Under the pieces are notes generated by a model, which worked only from the letters and a program-made list of their open reading frames with translations, did no database searches and had not been told where the DNA came from. From Myxococcales bacterium (GTDB lineage: Bacteria; Myxococcota; Myxococcia; Myxococcales; Anaeromyxobacteraceae), in the NCBI GenBank assembly GCA_038320275.1, contig JBBQEB010000015.1, forward strand, positions 1 through 37,407: a stretch of DNA of 37,407 bases. Direction: 5' to 3'. The translations under genes were made by a program, and so were the position numbers. The first letter of the stretch is position 1; each line of letters begins with the position of its first letter. Below, one piece after another: positions 10,003-20,500 of the stretch.

Positions 10003-13000
10003 ATGAAGTTCACCGACCTCTTCATCAAGCGTCCGGTCATCGCGATCGTCGTCAACCTCCTCATCGTCATCGCCGGTGTCCAGTCGCTGCGCACGCTGTC
10101 CGTTCGCCAGTATCCGCGCAGCGAAAGCGCGGCCATCACCATCACCACGACCTATGTCGGCGCCAATGCCCAGCTCGTGCGCGGCTTCATCACCACTCCG
10201 CTGGAGCGCGTCATCGCAGCGGCGGACGGCATCGACTACATCGAGTCAGACAGCCGCCAGAACGTCTCTATCATCCGCGCCCGGCTCCGCCTCAATCACG
10301 ACGCGACGCGCGCGCTGTCGGAGATCTCTTCCAAGGTGGACCAGGTGCGCGGCGATCTGCCGCCCGAGGCCGAGGTCCCCATCCTCAACATCGAGTCGGC
10401 GGAGAGCCAGTTCGCCTCCGCCTACCTGAGCTTCTCCTCGGACTTCCTGAAGCAGAACGAGATCACCGACTACCTCGTGCGCGTGGTGCAGCCGCGCCTC
10501 TCCGCCATCGAGGGCGTCCAGCGCGCCGACATCCTCGGCGCCCGAACCTTCGCCATGCGAGTCTGGCTCAAGCCCGACCGGATGGCGGCGCTCAACGTGA
10601 GCCCGGTGCAGGTCCGGCAGGCGCTCGCGGCCAACAACTACCTGGCGGCGGTCGGGCAGACGAAGGGCGCCCTCATCCAGGTGAACCTCACCGCCAACAC
10701 CGACCTGCGCTCGGTGGAGGAGTTCAAGAAGCTCGTGGTCCGCGAGCGGGACGGAGCGACGGTGCGGCTCGCGGACGTCGCCGACGTGGTGCTCGGGGCG
10801 GAGAATTACGAGGCGGCGGTGAACTTCGGCGGCCAGACGGCGGTGTTCATCGGCATCTGGCCGCTTCCCAACGCCAACTCGCTCGACGTGATCGGGCGCG
10901 TGCGGACGGAGATGGTCTCCATCCAGCACGACATCCCCGAGCAGCTGAAGGCGTACGTCGCCTTCGACGGGACCGACTACATCCGCAACGCCGTCGAGGA
11001 GGTGCAGCGCACCCTCGCCGAGACGCTGCTCATCGTCGTCATCGTCATCTTTCTCTTCCTCGGCTCGTTCCGGTCGGTGCTGGTGCCGGTGGTCGCCATC
11101 CCGGTCTCGCTCATCGGGGCCGTCTTCCTCATGCAGGTGTTCGGCTTCACGGTGAACCTCCTCACCCTGCTCGCCATCGTGCTGTCGGTCGGGCTCGTCG
11201 TCGATGACGCCATCGTGGTGGTCGAGAACGTGGAGCGCCACCTGCGCGAAGGGCTCACACCCACCGAGGCGGCGCTGAAGGGAGCGCGCGAGCTCGTCGG
11301 CCCCATCATCGCGATGACGATCACGCTCGCGGCGGTCTACACGCCCATCGCCTTCCAGGGCGGGCTCACCGGCTCGCTCTTCCGGGAGTTCGCGCTGACG
11401 CTCGCGGGCGCCGTCACCATCTCCGGCGTGGTGGCCCTCACCCTGTCCCCGCTCATGTCGGCGAAGCTCCTCCGGGCCGGGCACGAGGACAAGGGGCTCT
11501 CCGGGATGATCAACCGTGGCTTCGATCGCATCAAGGCGACCTACGGCCGCCACCTCGAGGCCTCCTTCTCGGCGCGCGGCGTGATCTACGCGGCCTGGGC
11601 GGCGGTGAGCCTGCTCGCGGTGGCCATGTTCATGCAGTCGCCCAAGGAGCTCGCCCCCTCCGAGGACCAGGGCGTCATCTTCGGCATCGTGAACACGCCC
11701 TCCAACTCGACGCTGGAGCAGGTGACCTTCTCGACCCGGGCCATCAACGAGACGGTCACGCAGATCCCGGAGGCGAACTACACCTTCCAGGTCACGCAGG
11801 CGAGCGGCGGGTTCTGGGGGCTCGCGCTGAAGCCCTGGAGCCAGCGCCACCGCAGCGCCTCCCAGATCCTACCCGAGGTGCAGCGGCGCGTGTCGGCCAT
11901 CCCGGCCGTGCAGACCTTCCCCATCCTGCCCCCTTCCCTCCCAGGCGGCGGCAACTTCCCGGTGGAGGTGGTGATCGCCTCGACGGCCGAGTCCTCGGAG
12001 ATTTTGGCCTTCGCGAAGCAGCTCCAGGAGAAGGCCGCCAAGAGCGGGATCTTCGCCTTCCCGCCGCTCATCGACGTGAAGATCGACCAGCCCGAGGCGG
12101 AGGTCGTCTTCGACCGCGAGAAGGTGGCGGAGCTCGGGCTCAACCTCCAGTCCGTCGGTCAGGACCTCAGCGCGGCGATCGGCGGAAACTTCGTCAACCG
12201 TTTCAGCATCGCTGGCCGCAGCTACAAGGTCATCCCCCAGCTCCTCCGCACCGAGCGACTGAATCCGGAGCAGCTCGGCGACATCTACGTCACCGGACCG
12301 GGGGGGGGGCTCATCGCGCTCGCCTCCATTGCCACCGTGAAGGAGTCGGTGGCGCCGCGCGCGCTCGAAAGGTTCCAGCAGCTCAACGCGGTGAAGATCA
12401 GCGGCGTGGCCATCCGGCCTCTCGATCAGGCGCTCACCTATCTGGAGGACGAGGCGGCCAAGATCCTGCCTCAGGGCTACCGCATCGACTACACGGGCGA
12501 GTCGCGCCAGCTCCGCACCGAGGGCAACAAGTTCCTACCCGCCTTCGTCCTCGCCCTCGTCCTCATCTTCCTGGTGCTGGCGGCGCAGTTCAACTCGTTC
12601 CGGGACCCGTTCGTCATCCTGGCCGGCTCGGTCCCGCTCGCCATGTTCGGCGCGCTGGCGATGACGTTCCTGAAGATGCCCAACCCGAACATGAAGTTCT
12701 GGACCGACGGGTGGACCACCACGCTCAACGTGTACTCGCAGGTGGGGCTCGTCACGCTGGTCGGCCTGGTCGCGAAGAACGGAATCCTCATCGTCCAGTT
12801 TGCGAACCAGTTGCAGCTCGAAGGTCAATCCAAGGTGGAGGCGGTGAAGAACGCGGCGGTCACGCGGCTGCGGCCCATCCTGATGACGAGCGTCGCCACC
12901 GTGTGCGGACACTTCCCGCTCACCCTCGTCACCGGCCCAGGCGCCGCGGCGCGCAACAGCATCGGCCTCGTGCTGGTGGCCGGCATGGCGGTGGGAACGG

Positions 13001-13098
13001 CGTTCACCCTCTTCTTCGTGCCATCCATCTACCTGCTGATCGCGAAGGAGCACCGCCGGAGCGAGCCCCGCGACGAGGGGGTGGAGCGTGCCGCTTGA
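10003..13098 (+). CDS. RND efflux permease (AcrB/AcrD/AcrF family, MexW/MexI-like)
   Basis: 1031 aa. MKFTDLFIKRPV start, VVDDAIVVVEN (TM4 Asp pair), AKNGILIV (TM10 Lys), RLRPILMT (TM11). GGAG RBS. Confidence 0.95.
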   Translation: MKFTDLFIKRPVIAIVVNLLIVIAGVQSLRTLSVRQYPRSESAAITITTTYVGANAQLVRGFITTPLERVIAAADGIDYIESDSRQNVSIIRARLRLNHDATRALSEISSKVDQVRGDLPPEAEVPILNIESAESQFASAYLSFSSDFLKQNEITDYLVRVVQPRLSAIEGVQRADILGARTFAMRVWLKPDRMAALNVSPVQVRQALAANNYLAAVGQTKGALIQVNLTANTDLRSVEEFKKLVVRERDGATVRLADVADVVLGAENYEAAVNFGGQTAVFIGIWPLPNANSLDVIGRVRTEMVSIQHDIPEQLKAYVAFDGTDYIRNAVEEVQRTLAETLLIVVIVIFLFLGSFRSVLVPVVAIPVSLIGAVFLMQVFGFTVNLLTLLAIVLSVGLVVDDAIVVVENVERHLREGLTPTEAALKGARELVGPIIAMTITLAAVYTPIAFQGGLTGSLFREFALTLAGAVTISGVVALTLSPLMSAKLLRAGHEDKGLSGMINRGFDRIKATYGRHLEASFSARGVIYAAWAAVSLLAVAMFMQSPKELAPSEDQGVIFGIVNTPSNSTLEQVTFSTRAINETVTQIPEANYTFQVTQASGGFWGLALKPWSQRHRSASQILPEVQRRVSAIPAVQTFPILPPSLPGGGNFPVEVVIASTAESSEILAFAKQLQEKAAKSGIFAFPPLIDVKIDQPEAEVVFDREKVAELGLNLQSVGQDLSAAIGGNFVNRFSIAGRSYKVIPQLLRTERLNPEQLGDIYVTGPGGGLIALASIATVKESVAPRALERFQQLNAVKISGVAIRPLDQALTYLEDEAAKILPQGYRIDYTGESRQLRTEGNKFLPAFVLALVLIFLVLAAQFNSFRDPFVILAGSVPLAMFGALAMTFLKMPNPNMKFWTDGWTTTLNVYSQVGLVTLVGLVAKNGILIVQFANQLQLEGQSKVEAVKNAAVTRLRPILMTSVATVCGHFPLTLVTGPGAAARNSIGLVLVAGMAVGTAFTLFFVPSIYLLIAKEHRRSEPRDEGVERAA

Positions 13099-13197
13099 GC
13101 TCTCCGGCGCATCGCGTCGCACCTGGAGGTAGGGCATCTCTCGCCGCAGGCCCATGGAGAGGACCCGCCTGCCGGGCGGTTCACCTCTTGGCCGGAG

Positions 13198-13225
13198 TTG
13201 ACACGCGCAATGGCGAGCGCAACAT
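13198..13225 (+). promoter_or_regulatory. Candidate sigma70-type promoter
   Basis: Perfect TTGACA (13198-13203), 16-nt spacer, CAACAT (13220-13225, matching xAxxxT). AT-rich hexamers are rare in this GC background. Confidence 0.4.
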
Positions 13226-13229
13226 GAAG

Positions 13230-13395
13230 TCAGACGAAGGAAGAACCTGCCGAGGAGGCCGAATCCAACAGACCACCGAGGATCAAAAGCCGACGATAGG
13301 CAGTCCGAGCCGGCCCTGACCGGCATTGGCTCGCGTCAAGCGAGCCCGACGAACGCAGAACCCGAAGGGACCCTTTGCTTGGGTCCCTTCTCATT
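13230..13395 (+). ncRNA. Candidate small non-coding RNA
   Basis: Lies between the candidate promoter and a 10-bp terminal hairpin. A-rich, atypical composition and several consecutive hairpins. No family recognised. Confidence 0.3.
13364..13390. terminator. Perfect 10-bp hairpin, probable (bidirectional) intrinsic terminator
   Basis: GAAGGGACCC-TTTGCTT-GGGTCCCTTC, 3 nt beyond the stop codon of the convergent DUF3014 gene. Confidence 0.65.
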
Positions 13396-14170
13396 ACCGG
13401 GGGGCGTCGAGCGCCAGTGCGTGCAGCAGTTCGCGCGCCTTCGCCCTCACCACGCGCGCGTTGGCCGGGCCCATGCGCAGGAGGTGCTTCTCCACGTCGC
13501 CCTCCTCCTCCAGGCTGGCGTCCGCGAAGGACCAGGAGTTGCCTTCCCCCACCACCTCCACCGGCCCGTCGACGACGGGCGCATCCACCAGCCGCCGCAG
13601 TGCGCGCGCGAGCGCGTCGTCCAGCGCCGCGTCGGGATATCCGAGCGCCCTGTAGGCGGTCTCCAGCGCGGGCCGCAGGTCTCGATACGCCGAGGCCACT
13701 GCGGTCGCGTCGATCGCTCCCACCTCCTTGGCAAACGCGTCGTAGCGGGCGTACGACCCCGGCGCGATGTAGGTGCGGCCACCGCGCGACTCGACCCCGA
13801 AAGGCTGGGTGGGCGCCAGGAAGGCGAGCTCGCCGCGCGGTGAGTCCCCCTCCGCCAGATTGTCGAGCACCACCGCCCAGCGGCGGACGCGATCCTCGCC
13901 CGAGATGCCCTGGCGGAAGAGCGGCCCGCGCGAAGCGGACTCCAGCGAAGCACGTCCACGAGCAGGGTCGGGGGCCGTGACGCCTCCGTCGGGCAGCGCA
14001 CCGGCGTCCACCGCCGCGACCTCTCCCGCGCCGGGAGGTGCGGGCGCCGGGGCTCGGTGGCGGGGCCAGAGCGCGACGGCGGCACCGATCCCAACCGCCA
14101 GCAGGGCGACGACGATCCATGGAGCGCGGCGGGGCGGGGCGAGAGAGCTTCGCGGGGGCGAGGAGTCCAC
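13394..14170 (-). CDS. DUF3014-type membrane-anchored protein
   Basis: GTG start with an AGGGAAGGG RBS. N-terminal TM, Pro-rich linker, and motifs SYARYD, AYRALGYP, FADASLE and KHLLRMGPAN recalled as typical of DUF3014. Confidence 0.8.
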   Translation of the reverse strand: MDSSPPRSSLAPPRRAPWIVVALLAVGIGAAVALWPRHRAPAPAPPGAGEVAAVDAGALPDGGVTAPDPARGRASLESASRGPLFRQGISGEDRVRRWAVVLDNLAEGDSPRGELAFLAPTQPFGVESRGGRTYIAPGSYARYDAFAKEVGAIDATAVASAYRDLRPALETAYRALGYPDAALDDALARALRRLVDAPVVDGPVEVVGEGNSWSFADASLEEEGDVEKHLLRMGPANARVVRAKARELLHALALDAPR

Positions 14171-14230
14171 GCCCTTCCCTTAGCGTGCAATGCCGAGCCC
14201 CGCTCAGCGCGCGCCGTTATGCATGGGGTC

Positions 14231-14431
14231 ATGCTTCCGCCCCGCCGCAGCACCTTCACGGTTCGAGCTCACACCATCACCGTGGAGCGGCTGGAGAAGA
14301 TGCGCTGGACGGTCACGGTGGACGGGCGGCGCTTCGCGAGCTTCTGTTCGGAGAGCCGCGCGCGGGCAGGCGGGCGCATCGAGGCTCGCCGGCTGGACTT
14401 CCTTGCGGTCGAGGAGGGGCGGGTCAAGTAG
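14231..14431 (+). CDS. Small hypothetical protein (66 aa)
   Basis: MLPPRRSTFTVRAHTITVERLEKMRWTVTVDGRRFASFCSESRARAGGRIEARRLDFLAVEEGRVK. It fills the gap between DUF3014 and the glucan synthase, with a beta-strand then helix pattern and normal codon usage. Confidence 0.55.
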   Translation: MLPPRRSTFTVRAHTITVERLEKMRWTVTVDGRRFASFCSESRARAGGRIEARRLDFLAVEEGRVK

Positions 14432-14521
14432 CGGCCCTACTCCGAGTACGTTAGAACCCACCGTCCGTCGTTGCCGCGCGCATTCAGCGCCGCTGGCACG
14501 CTGCGCCTATCGGAGCATCGG

Positions 14522-17500
14522 GTGTTCCAGAGTCGCTCGTTTCACTCATTCCTTTTTCGGGAAGACGGCGGCGCTACGGGCGCCCAGCCTCTGCGCGCCG
14601 AACTGCTCAGCCTCGAGCGGCTGGAGGAGCGCGCGCGGGCGCTGGCCGGGCGCTACACGGTCGACCCTGCCCGCAAGCCAGCGCTCGGCGTGTTCCGCCG
14701 CTTCGACGAGAACGCCCGCTTCCTGCGCGACGCCTATCGCACCCTCGGCGACGACGTCCACCGCGGCGAGTTCGTCACGCCGGCCGCCGAGTGGCTCCTC
14801 GACAACTTCCACCTCGTCGGCGCCCAGATCCGCGAGGTGCGGTCGAACCTCCCCCGCGCGTACTTCAGTGAGCTTCCCAAGCTCGCCTCGCGCGAGCTGG
14901 CGGGCGACGCGCGGGTCTACGCGCTCGCCGTGGAGCTCATCCGCCACACCGACAGCCGCCTGGAGCGCGGGCAGCTCGCACGCTACCTGGAGGCTTTCCA
15001 ATCGGTCGCCCCGCTCGCGCTGGGAGAGCTGTGGGCCTGGCCCAGCGTGCTGAAGCTCGCCCTCATCGAGAACCTTCGCCGGCTGGCCGAGGAGCTCCTC
15101 GCGGGGCGGGCCGCCCGACGCGCCGCGGACGCCTACGTGGAGCGCATCGACGCGGTGGGGCACGGGAGCGCCGCCCAGCTCCCCAGCAAGCTTCACATCG
15201 CCTGCGTCGTGCAGCTCCTGCAGCGGGTCCGCGAGTATGGCCCTCGCCTTGCCGCCGTCCGCGCAGAGCTCGACGCGCACCTGGCGGAGCTCTCCCTGGC
15301 TCCTGAGGAGTGCATCCGCGCGGAGCACCAGCGCGAGGCGGCTTCCCAGGTCTCGGTGGCGAACGCCATCACCAGCCTCCGGCTCTGCGCCGAGATCGAC
15401 TGGAGCACCTTCGTCGAGTCGGTGAGCCTGGTGGAGCGCGTCCTGCAGCGCGACCCCGCTGGCGTGCACGGCCGGATGGACTTCCTTTCCCGAGACCGGT
15501 ACCGGCAGGCGGTCGAGGAGCTGGCGGAGCGCACCGGGGAAGCGCAGGTGCGGGTGGCGCTGCGGGCTGTCGAGAGCGCGCGGCTCGCCGCCGAGAGGGA
15601 GGGCCCGTCGGCCCGGGCGGCGCACGTAGGCGATCATCTCATCGGCAAGGGCCGGCGCGAGCTGGAGGCGGACGTCGCCTACCGGCCCGGCACCTGGAAG
15701 GGGCTCCGCCGCTTCGCGTTCGCCCACGCGACTTTCACATACCTCGCTTCGATCGCGATCTTCACGGCCCTGCTGATCGGGGCCGGCGTCGCGTACGCCC
15801 GTCACGCCGGCGCGACGACGGGCTTGACCCTCGGCGTCGCGCTGCTCCTCCTCCTCCCCGCGAGCGAGGTGGCCATCGCGCTGGTGCAGCGGCTCGCGGC
15901 GCGCGCGGTTCCGCCGCGCCGGCTGCCCCGGCTCGACTTCACGATCGGTGTCCCGGACGACGCCCGCACCCTGGTCGTCGTGCCCACCCTCCTCGGCAGC
16001 GTGCCAGGGGTACAGGATCTGCTCGCGCACCTCGAGGTGCTCGCGCTCGCGAACCTCGATCCGCGCATCCATTTCGCCATCCTGGGCGACTTCGCCGACG
16101 CGACGTCGCGCGAGCTGCCCGACGACGCTGCCATCGTGTCCGCCGCCAGCGCCGGGATCGACGAGCTCAACGCCCGCCTCTCCGACGGCCGCGGGGACCG
16201 GTTCTTCCTCCTCCATCGCGGGCGCCGCTGGAACGAGTCGGAGGGCTCCTGGATGGGATGGGAGCGCAAGCGCGGCAAGCTCGAGGAGCTGAACCATCTG
16301 CTCCGCGGCGCCAAGGATACCGGGTACGATCTGCAGATTGGCGACGTCTCGGTGTTCCCGAGCTTTCGCTACGTCATCACCCTCGACTCCGACACGCGGC
16401 TCCCGCGCGACTGCGCGAAGAAGCTCATCAGCATCATCGTCCATCCCCTCAACCGGCCCATGTACGACCGGGCCGCCGGCCGCGTCACCTCGGGCTACGG
16501 CATCCTGCAGCCCCGGGTGAGCGTGACGACGGACAGCGCCGCCGGCTCGGCGTTTGCCCGGATCTTCGCGGGGCACACCGGCGTCGATCCCTACACGACG
16601 GCCGTCTCCGACACCTATCAGGACCTGTTCGGCGAGGGCATCTTCACCGGCAAGGGGCTGTACGACGTCGACGCGTTCACGGCGTCGCTGGAAGGGCGCG
16701 TCCCGGAGAACGCCATCCTCTCGCACGACCTCTTCGAGGGTCTGCACGCGCGCGCCGCGCTGGTGTCCGACGTGGAGGTGGTGGACGACTACCCCACGAG
16801 CGTGCTGGCGCACGCGCGCCGGCAGCACCGGTGGGCGCGCGGCGACTGGCAGATCCTCTACTGGCTCCTCCCCTGGGTCCCGACGCGCGAGGGCTGGGCA
16901 CGCAACCGCCTCCCGCTCATCTCGCGCTGGAAGATCCTCGACAACCTGCGGCGCACGCAGCTCGCGCCCGCCACCGTGGTGCTTCTCCTCTTCTCCTGGA
17001 CCGCCTTCCCCGGCCGGCCGTGGGTCTGGACGGCGTCGGTGCTGGCCGGCCTCGCCTTCCCGGTCTACAGCGTGCTCCTCAGCCTCCTGCGCGGCCCCCG
17101 GCCCCTCCAGCCGGCCTCCGTGTTCCTGCGCGGGCTGGCCGAGGACGCGTCGCTCGCCGCCATGCGCGTGGTGCTGCAGGTGGCCTTCCTGGCCTCCCAG
17201 GCCTACGACATGCTGCACGCGCTGGTGATCACCGCCGTGCGGCTCTTCGTGACGCGGCGCCGGCTCCTGGAGTGGCAGACGGCCGCCGCGACCGCCGGGC
17301 TGGGGCGCGGCCTCGGCCCGCGCGCCTTCGTGGTGAGCATGATCGCGAGCCCCGTCCTGGCGGGAGGAGCGGCGGTGCTCGTCTCGGCCGCGCGCCCCAT
17401 CGCGCTCCTCCCGGCCTCGCCTTTCCTCGTCCTCTGGACCGCCGCGCCCCTCCTCGCCTGGGCGCTGAGCCAGCCCGCGGCCCGGCGCGAGGCGCCGCTC

Positions 17501-20500
17501 AGCTCCTCGGAACGCGAGCTCTTCCTCGGCGTCGCGCGCCGCACCTGGAAGTACTTCGAGGCCTTCATGGGCGCGGAGGACCACGCCCTTCCGGCGGACA
17601 ACTTCCAGGAGATTCCCGCGCCGGTCATCGCGCACCGGACCTCGCCCACCAACATCGGCATGGGCCTCCTCTCCGCCCTCGCCGCACACGACCTCGGCTT
17701 CATCGGCGACGAGGAGCTGGTGGACCGCGTCGATGCCACCCTGACCACGATCGAGGGGCTGGAGCGGCTCGAGGGCCACCTCTTGAACTGGTACGACACC
17801 TTCTCGCTCGCGCCGCTGGCGCCGCGCTACGTGTCCACGGTGGACAGCGGCAACCTCGCTGGCGCGCTGCTCACGCTCGCGGAGGGGCTGCGCGAGCTCG
17901 CGCGCTCCGCGCCGACGCCTGCCGCCACCGTGCAGCACCGGCTGGAGCCGCTGGCCGCTCGCGCCATCGCCTTCGCCGACGGCATGCGCTTCGACTTCCT
18001 GTACGACACGCAGCGCCGGCTCCTCTCCATCGGGTACCGGGTGGCGGACGCTGACGGTCCGGGCGGGCTCGACCCCTCCCGCTACGACCTGCTCGCCTCG
18101 GAGGCGCGCCTCGCGAGCTTCATCGCCATCGCCAAGGGCGACCTCCCCGAGGCGCACTGGTTCCACCTCGGCCGCTCCGTCACCAGCATCGCCGGAACGC
18201 CCACGCTCCTCTCCTGGAGCGCGACCATGTTCGAGTACCTCATGCCGCTCCTGCTCATGCGGCAGTACCCCGGCACCCTCCTCGACGACACCTGCCGCAT
18301 GGCCGTGCGCCGCCAGCGGGAGTACGGCGCGGAGCGAGGGATCCCATGGGGAATCTCCGAGTCCGCCTACGACGCGGTCGACCGGCACGACACCTACCAA
18401 TACAAGGCGTTCGGGGTTCCGGGCCTGGGGCTCAAGCGCGGCCTCGCGGACGACCTCGTGGTCGCGCCCTACGCGACCGCGCTGGCGGCCCTGGTCGATC
18501 CGGTGGCGGCGGCCGTCAACCTCCGGAGGCTCGCGCGCGAAGGTGGCGAGGGGAGCTACGGCTTCTACGACGCTCTCGACTACACCGGCCGCCACGGCCG
18601 GGAGGACGCTCCGCCGCACGTTCCCGGCGCCCCGCGCAAGCCGGTGGTGGTGAAGAACCACCTGGCCCACCACCAGGGCATGACCCTGGTGGCGCTCGCC
18701 GACGCCCTGCAGGACGGGCGCATGGTGAAGCGCTTCCACGCAGACCGGCGCGTGCAGGCCACCGAGCTCCTGCTCCAGGAACGGCCTCCCCGCCATGCGC
18801 CGATCCTCCGCCCGCGCCCCGACGACGCCGCGCGCCTCGCCCAGCCGATCGAGCCGGTCGCGGTGCGGCGCTTCCGGTCGGCCCAGACCGCCTACCCGCA
18901 CGCGCAGTATCTCTCCAACGGCACCTACACGGTGGCCATCAGCAACGCGGGAGGCGGCGCGAGCTTCTGCCGGGGACGCGCGGTCACCCGCCAGCGCGAC
19001 GATCCCACCCGCGATCCGGGCAGCCAGATGGTGTACCTGCGCGACGTGCGGGGCGGAAACGTCTGGTCGGCCGCCTATCACCCGCTGGGCGTGGAGGCCG
19101 GGGACGACCTCGTCACCTTCGCGGTGGACAAGGCCACCTTCCAGCGCCGGGTGAAAGAGATCTCCACGCAGCTCGACGTGGCGGTCTCACCCGAGGACGA
19201 CGTGGAAGTGCGGCGGCTCACCGTCACCAACCACAGTGACCGCCCGCGCGAGATCGAGGTGACGAGCTACGCCGAGCTGGTGCTCGAGCCGGTGCAGGAC
19301 GACCTCGCCCATCCCGCCTTCGGCAAGCTCTTCGTGGAGTCGGAGTACGTGCCCGACGCGAGCGCCCTCCTCTTCCGGCGGCGACAGCGGGCGCCAGAAG
19401 ACCCGCCCGTCTGGGCGATGCACGTCCTGGCGCACGAGGGGCGAGCCCAGGGGCCGGTGGAGTGGGAGGCCGACCGCGGCCGTTTCCTCGGCCGCGGCCG
19501 AGGGCTGGAGAACCCGCAGGCGCTCGACGGCCGGCCGCTGAGCGGCACCACCGGTGCGCTCCTCGACCCCTGCGCCAGCCTGCGCCGGCGCTTCCGCATC
19601 GCGCCGGGCGGCGTGGCGCGCCTCTCCTTCGCGACGGGGATGGCCACCAGCCGCGAGGCCGCGCTGGCGCTCGCGCAGCGCTACCACGACCCCGCCTCGG
19701 CCCCACGCACCTTCGCGCTGGCCTTCGCCCATTCCCGCTCGGCCCAGCGCCACCTCGGCGTCTCGCCCGAGGAGGCGCTCCTCTTCGAGCGGCTCGCCTC
19801 GCGCGTCTTCTACGCGGACGCCTCCCTGCGCGCCGGCCCGGAGATCCTCGCCCGCAACACGCTCGGGCAGGAGGGGCTCTGGCCGCACGGCATCTCGGGC
19901 GACGTGCCCATCGCCCTCGTGCGGGTGACGAGCTCCGAGGGGGCAGCGCTGGTGCGGCAGGTCCTCCAGGCGCAGGAATACTGGCGCCTCAAGGGGCTGG
20001 TGGCCGACGTGGTGATCCTGAACGAGTTCGCGCTGAGCTATCTCGACGAGATGCAGGCGCAGCTCACCGGGCTGCTCGACGATGGTCCCTGGCGCACCTG
20101 GAAGAGCCGGCCGGGCGGCACCTTCCTCCTGCGCGGCGACCGTATGCCCGAGCCGGAACGAATCCTCGTCCAGGCGTTCGCCCGCGCGGTGCTGCGGGAC
20201 GACCGCGGTTCGCTCGCGCAGCAACTCGAACGGCCCACGGCAGTCGAGTCCGAGCCCGTCCCCGCGCCGTTCGTCCCGCGCCGCACCGCGACCCCCGAGG
20301 TCACGGCGGCCGCGCGGCCTGAGGTGCCCGCGCTCGCCCTCGCCAACGGCGTGGGAGGCTTCGCGAACGATGGCCGCGAGTACGTGATCGTGCTGGAGGG
20401 GGCGGACGAGACCCCGCTTCCGTGGTCGAACGTGCTCGCGAACCCCGGGTTCGGCACCATCGTCACCGCCTCGGGTGCCGCCTTCACCTGGGCGGGTAAC

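Noticed and set aside
13224..13319. 31-aa ORF MKSDEGRTCRGGRIQQTTEDQKPTIGSPSRP
   Set aside because: No RBS, atypical codon usage, and its ATG overlaps the putative -10 element. A non-coding interpretation is preferred, though not excluded.
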